Assembly: GCA_040143965.1 (NCBI GenBank)
Contig: JASJQH010006891.1
Location: 1 to 51,295, forward strand
DNA: 51,295 nt
Direction: 5' to 3'
DNA from: Basidiobolus ranarum
Taxonomy: Eukaryota
The translations under genes were made by a program, and so were the position numbers. This document shows positions 38,176 to 51,295 of this stretch, piece after piece (positions within the stretch are counted from its first letter, which is position 1; every line of letters begins with the position of its first letter). Under the pieces are notes generated by a model. That model was not told the DNA's origin. It made no database searches and saw only the letters and a list, made by a program, of their open reading frames with translations.

Positions 38176-39041
38176 TATTTTGTTGCTCAAACAAAGTACA
38201 GTCAAGGATAAAGTATCACAAATACTTCAATATGTGAGCATCGAGTTCAGAATTAGGGATATAAATGATAGCCCTAAATAAAAAGAAATTATCGAGTAGT
38301 AGTTTTTTCGTATTCGTTTGCATACAATCACTTGCAATCACACATAGACACAAAAATAAGATATTAGAATTGTCGAAATATCCACATCTTGCACAAATAC
38401 AAAATTCGCGATATTTTTGTTGGATTATCATTGATTTAATGTTATATTACGCCACAAACCATCTTGCAGATTGTGACTGCCAGAAGGTGGAGATAAAATA
38501 CAAACTCTACCTGTCATCACCTTTCTTGCCACATGTGTAAGATATGTTGAGGTATCATCAGCGTCTCAGCCGTTTCTGATCCTGGCATTTTCTCTATTTT
38601 GCTCAGCCTTTTGGACTATCTAGTAATTAATTTGGACATTCTAGTCCATTGTTTCATTTATCTCTGCCATTTTATGAATAACATACCATCTGTTCTACAT
38701 CTGTTCTACATCTGTATAATATCTCTCTGAATCATGAGTGTTTGAAGTCAATTTCGAGTGTTGTGGTTGGATAGAGGCGAAGGTTTTAATAGTGCACTAG
38801 TTGCAGTTACAACTAATTTCACTGTTCATTATATTATTATTCGTTTTGCTGCACAGTCTGCATCCTACTGTATTTTCTTTCGTTCCCCTCGTCTCCTTGC
38901 CTGTTTTTCTTATTCCCTTTCTTATCTTCAATTTCTCCTTTCTTTCCCTTTCCGTCCCCTCCCTTTCTTTCCTTTGTATTATTTTTTTGTTCATTTCGTC
39001 TCTTTCTATTCCCTTCTTTTTTGGCACTGGTTTCAATTCAC

Positions 39042-42000
39042 ATGTCGACGGGCAATTCAACCCACAAGCATGCCGATCCACGTAAACCCACTGAATCAAT
39101 TACTACGACTGAAGAGAATAGTGCTGAATGTATTTCCCTAAAAGAACCATGTAGCTCCAGACCGCTCTCTCGTTCCATGTCACAATGGCTCAAAAGAAAG
39201 AGCCAGTCTATCTTTGGACACAGCGCGGTGCCAGTCGGTAGAAAGATTCCTATCTCTACAACGACAACTAGACCATACATACGTGAAGACACAAAAAAAC
39301 CATATATTTCTAACCGTATCACTACTGCTCGTTACACCTTATTGAACTTCTTACCAAAACAGCTATATGCACAATTTTCCAAAGTAGCTAATTTATACTT
39401 TCTATTCGTGGCTTGCCTACAACTGATACCTGGTTGGTCTACCACCGGCCAATTTACTACTATATTACCTCTCTCTATATTCACCGTAGTTGCAATGGCA
39501 CGTGAAGGTTATGACGATTATCGTAGACATCGACAGGATCAAACGGAGAATAGCAAGGCTGTTGAGGTACTTCGATACTATCATGATAACACAGAAACCG
39601 CTCAGGAGACCCTCACCAGTAAGCACACGTCTAATAGACATCCAACTCGAGATATTGGAGTTTGGCAGAAAGCAAAATGGCGAGATATCACCGTTGGAGA
39701 TTTCATTCGTATACATGCGAATGATTGGATTCCTGCGGATCTACTCCTACTTAGTAGCTCTGGTGAAGATGGTATATGTTATGTTGAGACAGCTGCCCTT
39801 GATGGTGAAAGCAACTTGAAGCAGCGACAAGCTTTGAAAGAAACTGATGAAATTATTAAGGAATCCCAAGATGGCATCTCCACCATAGAAGGTTAGTTCA
39901 CCAAATGAAATGAACACGTGACTGAGGACTAATTCAATTACAATTTTGCCATATGTTAGGATACCTTCAAGCAGAAAATCCTAATATGGACTTGTACAAT
40001 TTTGACGGCTATCTGCAACACAAAGAAACTCGTTATCCAATTTCAGTGAATCAAATTTTGCTCAGAGGGACCGTACTTCGTAATACCAATAATGCGATTG
40101 GCATGGTTATTTTTTCTGGTGAGGAAACCAAGATCCGTATGAATGCATCTAAAAACGCACGCACGAAAGCCCCTAGTCTTCAGAAACTAATTAATAAGGC
40201 GGTTATTTCGGTGTTCATCGCACTGATTACCCTTTCATTAATATCCACTGTGTTGGCGGCAGTATGGGAGAAGGGCTCTCCCTATAGATGGTATTTGAAT
40301 GGCTCTAGACGTGATTTGGCTGGAAGCTTTTTCAGCTTTATCATTCTTTTGAATACCCTCATCCCAATCTCTCTTTACGTTACGATGGAGTTGGTCAAGC
40401 TCGTACAAGCTTACTTTATTAACAACGACCTTGAGATGTACTTTAAAGAAACTGACACACCCGCTGAGGCTCGTACCTGCACCATCAACGAAGAATTGGG
40501 CCAGATTAGTTATGTGTTTTCCGACAAGACCGGCACCCTCACAGATAATGTGATGCTATTCCGTAAATATTCGGTTGGAGGGTTGGCATATGTCCATGAC
40601 AATCAAATAATTGTCAGTCATCAGCTTGATCACACCAGTCGGCTGTACTCTTCGGAACTAGAACATAACAACAAACCTCTACCAGTGGACGATGATCACA
40701 AATCAGCAAGTCGCAATTCCGATCAACAGAAAACCTCGCGGCAAATGATTGAAAGATTGATTTCCGAGCCAAACAGTCATTTCGGTAGACAGGCAGATAT
40801 GTTTTTACTCTCCATGGCTCTTTGTCATACGGTGGTACCCGAAATAGAGCCAGATACTGGGAAAGTTAGCTACCAATCGATGTCACCAGATGAATATGCG
40901 ATTGTCAACGCAGTTCATGAACTTGGGTATACTTGCATCGACCGTAATAGTAAATCAGTCTCGGTTATTCCATTACAAGGTGGACAGCCAGTTGTTTTTA
41001 AAGTATTGAATACGATTGAGTTTAGTAGCCACCGAAAACGTATGTCAGTAATATACCAATTTCCCGACGATCGAATTGTCTTACTTTGCAAAGGGGCCGA
41101 TTCTGTTATCCTTGAAAGATTAGCTAAAGGTGATGACACTCTTACTTCGCCTCCAAACGCCCTTGAAACGAAGACCCAGCATATGAGTATTCGGGAAGAA
41201 TATCTCTACTCAAAGGCGGTTGAGCATGTTCATCACTTTGCATCGGATGGTCTTCGTACGTTGGCCTATGGGCATCGATTCCTAGATCCTGATGAGTACC
41301 GAGCTTGGAACAATCTATTTTCGGACGCCTGCACCTCTCTCGTAGACAGACAAACGAGAATTGAAGAAGCGGCTGAGTTAATTGAAAAGAATTTATCACT
41401 TACGGGGATCACGGCCATTGAAGACAAGTTACAAGAAGGTGTACCAGAGACTATTGAGAAACTTCAAATGGCAGATATCCGTTTGTGGATGCTCACAGGA
41501 GATAAGCTAGAAACCGCCATAAATATCGGACATTCTTGTAGACTCATCCGTGATACCTCTACGGTGATCATTATTGATCCTAAGCAGGAAGCCCTATCAC
41601 ATCAAGTTCAATCGGCATTGACCAACGTTGCCACAAACAAAGGACATTCCGTGGTGGTGATAGATGGGTCCACTCTTGCCATGATGGAAAAAGATCCCAT
41701 ACTACTAAGTAGCTTCTTGGATCTCGGGGTTATCAGTAGCGCAGTTATATGCTGCCGTGTCAGCCCATCTCAAAAGGCGCTGGTGGTTCGAAGTATTCGT
41801 TGTAAAATTGGATCTGCAGTTACTCTGGCCATTGGTGATGGTGGCAACGATATTGCTATGATTCAAGAGGCCCACGTCGGTATAGGGATTGCTGGTCGTG
41901 AAGGACTCCAGGCTGCTAGATCCAGTGATTACTCTATTGCGCGTTTCCGATTCCTGCAACGCTTGCTACTAGTCCATGGTAGATGGTGTTATGTTAGAAT

Positions 42001-42916
42001 ATCCAAATTCGTTCTAGGGACCTTTTACAAATGTGTCACCTTTTATCTTACTCAGTTTTTCTTTCAAATCTTCACCGGATTCAGTGGAACTTCACTCTAC
42101 GAACAGTGGACATTATCCGTATATAACACCCTCTTCTCTGCTCTACCAGTGTTAGTTCTTGGAATGTTTGAAAAAGACCTCAACGCCGAGACTTTATTGA
42201 GGTTTCCTAGTCTATACAAAACGGGACAAAACAACGAGATGTTCAATTTGAAAATATTCTGGGTTTGGATGATCAATGGAGTGATTCAATCGGTTTGGAT
42301 CACCTATATCCCATTGATAACCCAGGGTGCATTCAGCCGAGGAGACGTGGAAGATTCCCCTCAATTATACTTCCTTGGTGTGATTGTTTACACCTCGGTT
42401 GTTTTGGTGGTTACAATCAAGCTTTCCCTTTTAGAGAGTCATAATTGGACCTGGGTAACCGCTTTTGCGACATTCGGTACGGTCGGACTCTGGTTCGCTT
42501 GGCAACTGATATTTTCGTTAATCTACAAGCCGCAAGATGCTACCAACGGGTATGAAGTATACGGTGTATTTCAATCCATGGTTAAGCACCCAGATTTCTG
42601 GGGCGTATTAATTCTTGTAGTGGTCGCCGCTCTTATCCCACGAGTAACATTGATCGTTTTGAAGCGTAGTTTCTGGCCCACTGAAGTAGATAGATATCAA
42701 GAATGGGAGAGAGACGAAAAGAAGATAAAGAAAATTCAAGAGAAAGTCATTTCCACCGTCCCTAAACGAGCAAGCTTATTCAGTAAACTTCGACCTCGAT
42801 CAAGCAAGCGACTCCCCCATGTTGATAGGCTACCGGAGTTGCATAGAAATGAATTCGAAATACAAGAATATGAAGATTTGGCTTTATCCGAGTCTTCGAT
42901 ACGTGGTACCAAGTGA
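39042..42916 (+). CDS. P4-type ATPase phospholipid flippase (Dnf3-like), one intron ~39892-39959
   Basis: YISNRITTARYT; ETAALDGESNLK; IPISLYV; phosphorylation site DKTGTLT; CKGADS; TGDKLETA; GDGGND. Confidence 0.95.
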
Positions 42917-43623
42917 GATCAGTAACACACCATTCTATATCTATTCTACGTTACAAAGTATCTCCTCTATGTTCTCGATAGACTCGAGCACTGAATTGTA
43001 TAGCTTTCGAAAGTACATTTATGCAGTGAAAGATGCATGTCTATTCTATTGATTCACCGGGCTCTTTTGTATTTCTTCACTCGATTCCTTTTGTTATTTC
43101 TCTCTAGTAAAATTCATAACATCAACCGATATATGCACACCATGCACCAAATCCCAGCAACATTTAATTATGAACCAATAGAAAAGAATAAACCATTTAA
43201 TCAATCCATCTGAACGGGTTTTCTGATGTTGGCAGGTTCTAACTGAGCATATATTCTGAGCGTATGGATATATCGTACTTTTCAATCAACCCATACACTT
43301 GGTAATTCTCTTTTTAAATGTTTCTTTACCTAGGAATGTGGAGCGGTTGTTACCTGGTATTAATCATTTCCAAGACCATAGTTGGATCTTAGATAAATGA
43401 GCTATGATTCGTTCAACTTTCTAACTTATTTCAAGGTCAAATGAACTACGATAGAATTTGTTTTTAGAAAATCCTCAGTCTAGACTTGACCTTTTCTCAA
43501 AAAAAACCCACCTTCTAGTGCTACAAAATGAAACGATACAAAGGGCTATCTATAAATAGTAAAACTAAACAGTTTGTGCTATAGTTCCCTCTTAAAGAGT
43601 AGTTTCTCTTCCACACGTTCAAC

Positions 43624-44821
43624 ATGACCAAGGATAAAGAAACCTTGAGTAAAAATGCACTTAAAAAATTGATCAAATTAGAAAGAAAGAAAGAATATTC
43701 CTATGGTGTGATGGCAAAATTGGAAAACCGGGAGGTTTCTGACTTGTTCTGTTCAGAGAGTACTCCTTTCATATGCATCGCCAACGCTGGCTCTGGTGCT
43801 ATGGGTAGTGTTCCGTTTAACGTACTATGTGAAGTTATGGCTCGTTTCGAAGGATATCTGGAGGCTAAGCAAAGTGCTTATGGAAGAGTAAGTTTCCTCG
43901 ATTTATTGAAGCATTTGATAGTTATTCTTATGATTAATAGAATGATTTCCACTTTCTTTTTTAACCGATAGCCATACACGTTTGTGAGGTTTCTTGACGC
44001 CAATTGTGCCAAAATAGTGAAAGAGAAGTTCCACCTAAAAACTACCGAGTATTTTGAGGGGAAAATTTTGTTTGTAGAATATGTAGAACAAAACAAAAGT
44101 CCCTTCGTAAATTCACCAGGACTCAAAGAACGTCAAGTTCCAGGTTTACTATTCATAGAAGACTATATCAGTGAAGAAGAAGAGGAATTCATGTTGAAGG
44201 AAATAGATGGCTTATCAGATTGGAAATATGTTAATAAAAGATTTGTGGTAAGTATTTATCTAACATTCTTCTTCTAGCTTTCTTATTCATCTTTAAATTT
44301 AGCAACACTATGGATTTGCTTTCGACTATAAAACCAAACATGTCGGTGACTCTTCAATGACTAATTCATTAACTTTCCCTGGATTTATGCAAACATTCCT
44401 GGATAAAATGTCAACAGATCTGCCGGATCTACCGGTGTGTGACCAAGTAACCATTTCCAAGTACCCACGTGGATCAGGAATCACTTCCCATGTAGATACA
44501 CATTCGGCATTTGATACTGCCATCTACATTCTCAGCTTGAAGAGTTCGGTGGTAATGGATTTCAAGAACCTCTTAAGTAATGATGTCGTTTCGATAGAAC
44601 TACCTCGTAGATCCTTGGCCGTCATGACCCAAGAATCTAGATACGCATGGGAACACGCGATTAAAGAACGAAAAACTGATTTACTACCCAATGGTAAAGT
44701 CTTCGAAAGAGATGATCGTATTTCACTCACTTGCCGTAGAATACTCCCAGATTTCATTTGTCGTTGTGCATGGCCACAGTACTGTGATCGGCACGTATCT
44801 ACAATCACTTCTGAGTCTTAA
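43624..44821 (+). CDS. ALKBH8-like dioxygenase (RRM + AlkB + Zn motif, no methyltransferase domain), 3 exons
   Basis: RRM-like N-terminus; PGLLFIEDYISEEEE; QHYGFAFDY; HVDTH (HxD); SRYAWEHAI; RISLTCR; CRCAWPQYCD. Confidence 0.85.
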
Positions 44822-45035
44822 ATAAACAACCATTGTAGTCACAACTGGCTAGTTCCATATTAAATTAAAGTTTCAAATTTCTATATTGTGCTCTTATAAA
44901 ACGTACATATTACTTTCAAGAGAATGTGAAATAAAAAGTAATCGATTAACAAGGTAAATCAAAAAAAGGATGATGTTGGGGTGGATTGGAGCAACTTGAA
45001 CTCTAATAATGACCGGGGAATATCCAACAAACGGT

Positions 45036-46651
45036 TTACTTGGATCTTCTGAATTTCTTGGCTGGGAAAACGAGGGGAGCTACTAAACGCACCTTCTTCA
45101 TACGTTTCACGTCAGTGGCTGAAAGACCAAGGGCAGTTTGTTCAGCCTTAGAGATGCTGTCCACTCTGCAACCCAAATTCTTGAAAAGTTCAATAGCCTT
45201 AGGTTGGGGAATAGAGAGATCTTTAGCGAACACAGCTGGATAAGCAACGAAATCATCCAAAATCAACGCCAATGCCATAATGTAACAAGTGACCTTGTCT
45301 TGACACTTAGGAGTAATCTTGTAGTTGGGCTTTCCATTGGGTCCTGGGACTACCTCAGTAAATCTCTCCAAGAGTTTCTCGGTAATAATGGCTGGTGGTT
45401 CGTTAAGGAGTCTGGCGAAAGTTTCAGGATCGTTCAATTGCTTTTCTCTCATAGTACGGAATTGCATTAAATAAGAAATATAAAGAAGATTCTTAACGCG
45501 GAATCTATCTTTCTTTTGAACTGCTAATGACAAACGCTCCTTGATATACGAGGAGTTGCGGAATGGCAACAATTGGACGCGATCTCCTTCCGATTCGGCC
45601 TTCAAAAGCAAAGTAAATGGCAAAACAGCGACCTCAGCTGGAGAGATAATGTCGTTATAATTGTAAATATCCTTGGCTTCAGTTGCAGCCAGATTGTAGG
45701 GAGGAATAGGTCTATCGGCATCGGCATCATTTTTGATATCATCTAAAAATAAAACAACCATTTAATCACACGCTTAAGCATATCCTTGTTCTCACTGAGA
45801 GCATACCTTGAGTGGGAAGGGAGCTTGCGTGCTCTTCGAGATTGTCTTGGATATATGAGGCCGCATCCTTAAGATTATCGACATCAACTCTGTTACGTTC
45901 AACAGCCCGAATCTTAGCCTTACGCTTCTTGGAACCAAAGGCCTCACCAAGAGCGTTAAGTGCAGCCATAGCCTGAGAATTCCATGAGATATTTGATCAG
46001 CTCACTAATATACACCACACAGTAGGGGTCGAAGCACTTACCTGATTGCTATCACTTTGTTGTGCTTGAAGATGTTTAAGAGCTTTAACTTGTCGTGTCA
46101 TCTTACAAACGGGTGCTTCCTTGAAAGTCACGGAGTTTGTGTTTTTATCATAGATACCAACAACATATCTATCATAATGATAGAAATCATTAATCAGATA
46201 TTGCTAACGGGTGCATTTACTTCTTGTAAAAAGAAGTTAAAAAAGAATAGATATGATAAACACCTACTTGCAGTATAAATTCTTGGGACCTTCCTCACCA
46301 AAGTTCTGACCAACGAACTCTACGCGTTCAGTTTCTCCAGCAACAATTACCTGGTTGGAACGACGAGAAGTAGAGTTTTGGTAGAGTTTGAATTGTTGTT
46401 GAGGATTACTTGGGTAAACACCAGGAAAAGTGACTAATAATAGAACATAAAAAATGGTCAGACTTCTCTGAATACTATACAGAAATACTTAATTTTCGAG
46501 AATCTAAAACGGTTCAACTCAATAAAACCCCCTTTACCAACTAAATCTCAGTTATTTTACCTAAAACAGGTGCACTCGACTCAGTACTATCCAAATTTAA
46601 AGAAACCTTCTCGGAGCTGCCCTCTTCTCTTCTTCTTTTACCAGTTGACAT
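45036..46651 (-). CDS. RPA49: RNA polymerase I subunit A49/PAF53 (multi-exon)
   Basis: GETERVEFVGQNF; ALNALGEAFGSKKRKAKIRAVERNRVD; RPIPPYNLAA; ELFKNLGC; VRLVAPLVFP. Confidence 0.9.
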
Positions 46652-47035
46652 TTTGGAAACCCTTTTTAACTGAAACGTTTAACGTCGTAAAGATGGTTTA
46701 GGTCGTTTAAAAAAAAGGGTACGGAATCTTCTTTGACACACCGTATTCCAACGACTTGGAAAACAAAATAAACAGAGTAAGTCAAAAAAAAAAGAAGAAA
46801 AATTCCCTCCAACAAGTAGATGATTTTACGGTCACGTATTAAATCTTACTTGGTTATTTACTACTTGGAATAAAAAAAAATTGAAAAAAAAAGATTTCTC
46901 AAATGAATATTCAACGCAAAGTGAGAAATCATTGATGGGATTTATTTGTATGTGATATGGTTGAAATTATCTTGATATCGCGTATCACTTCGACATGAAA
47001 AACGTGTCAGCTAGGAATCATTGCTGAATGTAGCT

Positions 47036-47293
47036 TTAGACGGTTGACATTTCCTCTTTCTTGGCAGTTCTTTTAGAAGGACAACAGCGGGAAGTTTCAC
47101 CTCGTGCTAATACTTGGTCGCAGCATTTTCTTAGTTGATGAATTAGCTTTTGGCATTTCTCTTCCTGATAATTATTACTTTGTAAACAATCTTGAATGGC
47201 ACAAGCTTCTTTTTGACATGGTGATGCAGGCTAAAGAGACATTTTAATCTGTGAAATAACTTTGGCAAAGATTTTGTTTCAAGTATTTACCAT
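47036..47293 (-). CDS. CMC4: Cx9C-motif mitochondrial intermembrane-space protein Cmc4 (65 aa; not in ORF track)
   Basis: ATG|gtaaat...tttag|CCT gives MPASPCQKEACAIQDCLQSNNYQEEKCQKLIHQLRKCCDQVLARGETSRCCPSKRTAKKEEMSTV*, with the PCQKEACAIQxCL signature. Confidence 0.92.
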
Positions 47294-48021
47294 GATCAGC
47301 ACAACAGAAACTACTTAGAATTTAGCAGATACAGGGTAATTTTATCAAAGGGCTCTTGAGCATTGCACTCCAGACTAAGTTCTGCACGAATGGGGTTATA
47401 TTTGTTGGCCATAGATTGATTGTCACTAAGGTGATTGCATTTACGTCACATAAATTTCTGTGCAACAACATATGAAAATGATTGTATGCTACAAGGATTT
47501 TAGCATTTGGTCAAGCTACTCGCCAACAGTCAATTTGAGATTCGACATAGAAATGTTTGAAACTGATAGAGGCTACCCATATATACCATAGCCACCACGG
47601 TACCAAGATAGTGGAGATATATTGCCATGTGTTGATAGATAAGCACGTGCTACTGAAATTATCAACACCGATATCAGTTCGTGATCAATAACGAAATTTC
47701 CATGGGCTGGAATATTTAAATTGCTTTGCTTTTAATCAACGCTTGCTTCAGTGGGACCAAACGTAATGCAAGTTTCACTAATTTTATTCATGTAAAGTGG
47801 CATACATAATGTTACAGAACTAATTAAGCAACCTTATAAATTAGGAATATGCCAATAAATCTTTAATCTATACCTAAAATTGAGCTACTGCAAATGCCCA
47901 GCTGCACAACAGGTTTAAGCTTGTATTTACAGCGTCACTAAAAGGGACAAACATACTATCCGATATATAATGGCTGTGGCTAATAAAGAATCTACTCAAT
48001 TATATCATTGTCCTCAATAAA

Positions 48022-49254
<1,233 letters not shown>

Positions 49255-50189
49255 ACGCTGATTTGAATAATTGAAAGAGCTCCGACCATATTATATAGCC
49301 ATTATTCATTATAAACCGATATTATACCAAAAACGTTGAGCACATACAAACATTGTTTATGATAAAATGATTCCGGGTTGTTGTACGAATCACGGAAGAC
49401 TGAGTTAGCGAGCTTTCGTTGGATATGGAGCATTGTATATAGACGGAGTTACGATTCATTATAGGTATCTACGAATTTTTTGTTTGATATTTGGATAGGA
49501 AGGAGGAAATGTATGGGCCCTCTGAACACATACTGTTAGTAGAATACAATCAATATGCTCTAAAAGACCCAAATTAATCTTTTGTACGGGAATCACACAA
49601 CTTTCATAGGATGTCGCAAAGGTCGTGTACTTTATGTACAAATGTAGATAGTTTGTCTTCGAGCGGAAGTTGTGAATTTATTCTAATTCGGATTAATCAA
49701 GATATTATGGGATTGCCGAGGATATAAATAATTTGGTAGATCGATTTTATTGTGGACGTCTTAGTAAATAGCATAGATTCAACTCGAAATATATGGATGC
49801 ATCAGTCTCAGATTAATTAGACTGTCAACCCAAGATCGATGAAATTCTTGATTTATGGAGAAAGAAAATCAAATAGTTTTGGCACATACTTGAATCCCTC
49901 CACTGCCTCTTCTAGCCAAATTGAGAAGCATTATGTGAACCCACTAGAGTACAACTTTCACTAACGAAATTTTAGAATTGTGTCTTATAACATCGAGTAA
50001 CAACATACAGTAACACAGATAATAGCAGAAGTGCAAAAAAGATCCTTTTATTCTTATATAAAGTATAGTGTGTGAAAGAATCTCACCTTGTTCTTCATTG
50101 AAATAATGCTTATGATCTAGAGGCGTTATTTTTTAGTTGATGCTGAGCTATTGGTCTCTGTAATTAATATCCATTTCTTTCCTAACATG

Positions 50190-50492
50190 TGGATGCTGTG
50201 CACTTTACCATGATCAGCTCATAAATGCTTATCCTAGAAATATATTGAAGGTTAATAATTCTTGGCATATAAATACCTAGCTCCTTGAGATATTTTCTCT
50301 GCTCAGATATGGGAAGATAACCTGCATTGCTGAAGTAGCATACAGTCCAGTTGGCTGCAGGAGGAGTATCAGAAGTAATAGGAAATCTTCTTTGTGGCTT
50401 GGAAGAAACTTGCTTAGATGGTGCCCTGGCTCTCTTTGAGGTTGTGAATGGCTGAGTCTGAAGTACTTAAGAGTAACTCTGGGAAGAGACAT
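50190..50492 (-). mobile_element. Degenerate retroelement ORF1-like fragment
   Basis: Frameshifted reading PAANWTVCYFSNAGYLPISEQRKYLKELGIYMPRIINLQYIS. The DNA is CpG-free and contiguous with the RT remnant. Confidence 0.4.
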
Positions 50493-50650
50493 GACAAGGG
50501 TTAGGGGGGGGGACAGTCACCAACAGGTGAAATCTTTATTTCAAACAAAATAAAGGAGCCATAACTACTTTTGTAGTTCCTTAATCTAAGTGTAAAGTTC
50601 TGGAGTATTGGTATGAATGTTGCAAAGTAGAAAAGTTGAGTTGGTAGAGT

Positions 50651-51295
50651 CTAAGACACTATTAAGTGGAGTGGGAGGGAGCAATAGAGGTAAAAACGGT
50701 TTGTCAGCAATTGAAATAAGGGGAATGAGGCTAAGATCAACATAAAGCATAAAAGGAGTGTGTTTCTGAAGATATTGCTGCCAAAGGTCCCCAAGTATTC
50801 CTTGTAGGCAAGGGAGGGCTTCTCAGCTTGTTCCATAAAGGAAGCAAATTTCCTGACTTCAGGATCTCCCAGCAGTATTCTCCAGCAAGAAGAAGGATCA
50901 GAGAGGTGGGAACCTCTCCAGGACAAAATCAGAGGGTTCTGACTCTTGCAAATCCTGATAAACCGTTTAGTCTTCAGATAGAGTATTCTAAGACAATATG
51001 GTAGTAATCCAAAGGCACCAAGAATGGCATGTCTGTAAGGGCACTCAGGCAGGTGGGAAACTAGGGAAGTGATACACCAAACTACAAAGCTGTCAAGTTT
51101 GGTGAAGTGCCTGGAAGTGAGAGAAAGAAGAGGTTAGTGAAATTCTAGAACTGGAAGACAAACTGTTTGAGGAGCAGTAGACAACTGGGAGCAGAAGTTG
51201 TAGGGGGTGTAACAGCCAGTAGCTTGTGAAGAGCCTGCCTTGCCAAAACCATTCTTTTCTTGAGGTAAGCAGCAGAGTCCAAGCCGGTACAAAGG
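50651..51295 (-). mobile_element. Decayed non-LTR retrotransposon, RT C-terminal/thumb region, truncated by the window edge
   Basis: GLDSAAYLKKRMVLARQALHKL...LLLLKQFV/PVLEFH*PLL...KLDSF...ILGAFGLLPYCLR resembles the post-RT LYKxFVRPVLEY region. It carries a frameshift and a stop, and is strongly CpG-depleted. Confidence 0.65.

Noticed and set aside
38758-39141. Phe/Leu-rich and Lys/Glu-rich ORFs upstream of the flippase
   Set aside because: They are artefacts of a CT-rich promoter/5' UTR tract.
14766-44821. Functional clustering (RAD50 with TPP1; TCD with ALKBH8)
   Set aside because: The pairs are separated by many unrelated housekeeping genes and are consistent with chance.
49400-50120. 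Scattered minus-strand splice-like signals and the 49459-49641 ORF
   Set aside because: I could not assemble a coherent or recognisable protein.

Overview
This window is eukaryotic, AT-rich, gene-dense DNA from an early-diverging fungus (Zoopagomycota/Mucoromycota-like, inferred from protein families and short 45-120 nt introns). I reconstructed 22 protein-coding genes by hand-splicing: SNF8, Ecl1-like, glucosidase II beta, tetraspanin, an orphan, a 4-TM voltage-sensor-like protein, BCKDK/PDK kinase, RAD50, NDUFAF6, ACAA2-type thiolase, ERF4/GOLGA7, an SLC35A transporter, TCD1/2, TPP1/Est3-like, RNF126-like, a bacterial-type GNAT, YSH1, a DNF3-like flippase, ALKBH8-like, RPA49, CMC4 and an AK1/UMP-CMP kinase. 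CMC4 and the 4-TM gene are absent from the ORF track. Both ends of the window are almost CpG-free repeat DNA: a 111-bp-arm inverted repeat on the left and a decayed non-LTR retrotransposon on the right. I found no coherent new multi-gene system. The best leads are a U12-type (minor spliceosome) intron in ERF4/GOLGA7, a probable bacteria-to-fungus GNAT transfer that has gained an intron, a pore-less voltage-sensor-like protein, a TPP1/Tpz1 candidate, a methyltransferase-less ALKBH8, and GC-AG introns. Family assignments come from motif recognition, not database searches.
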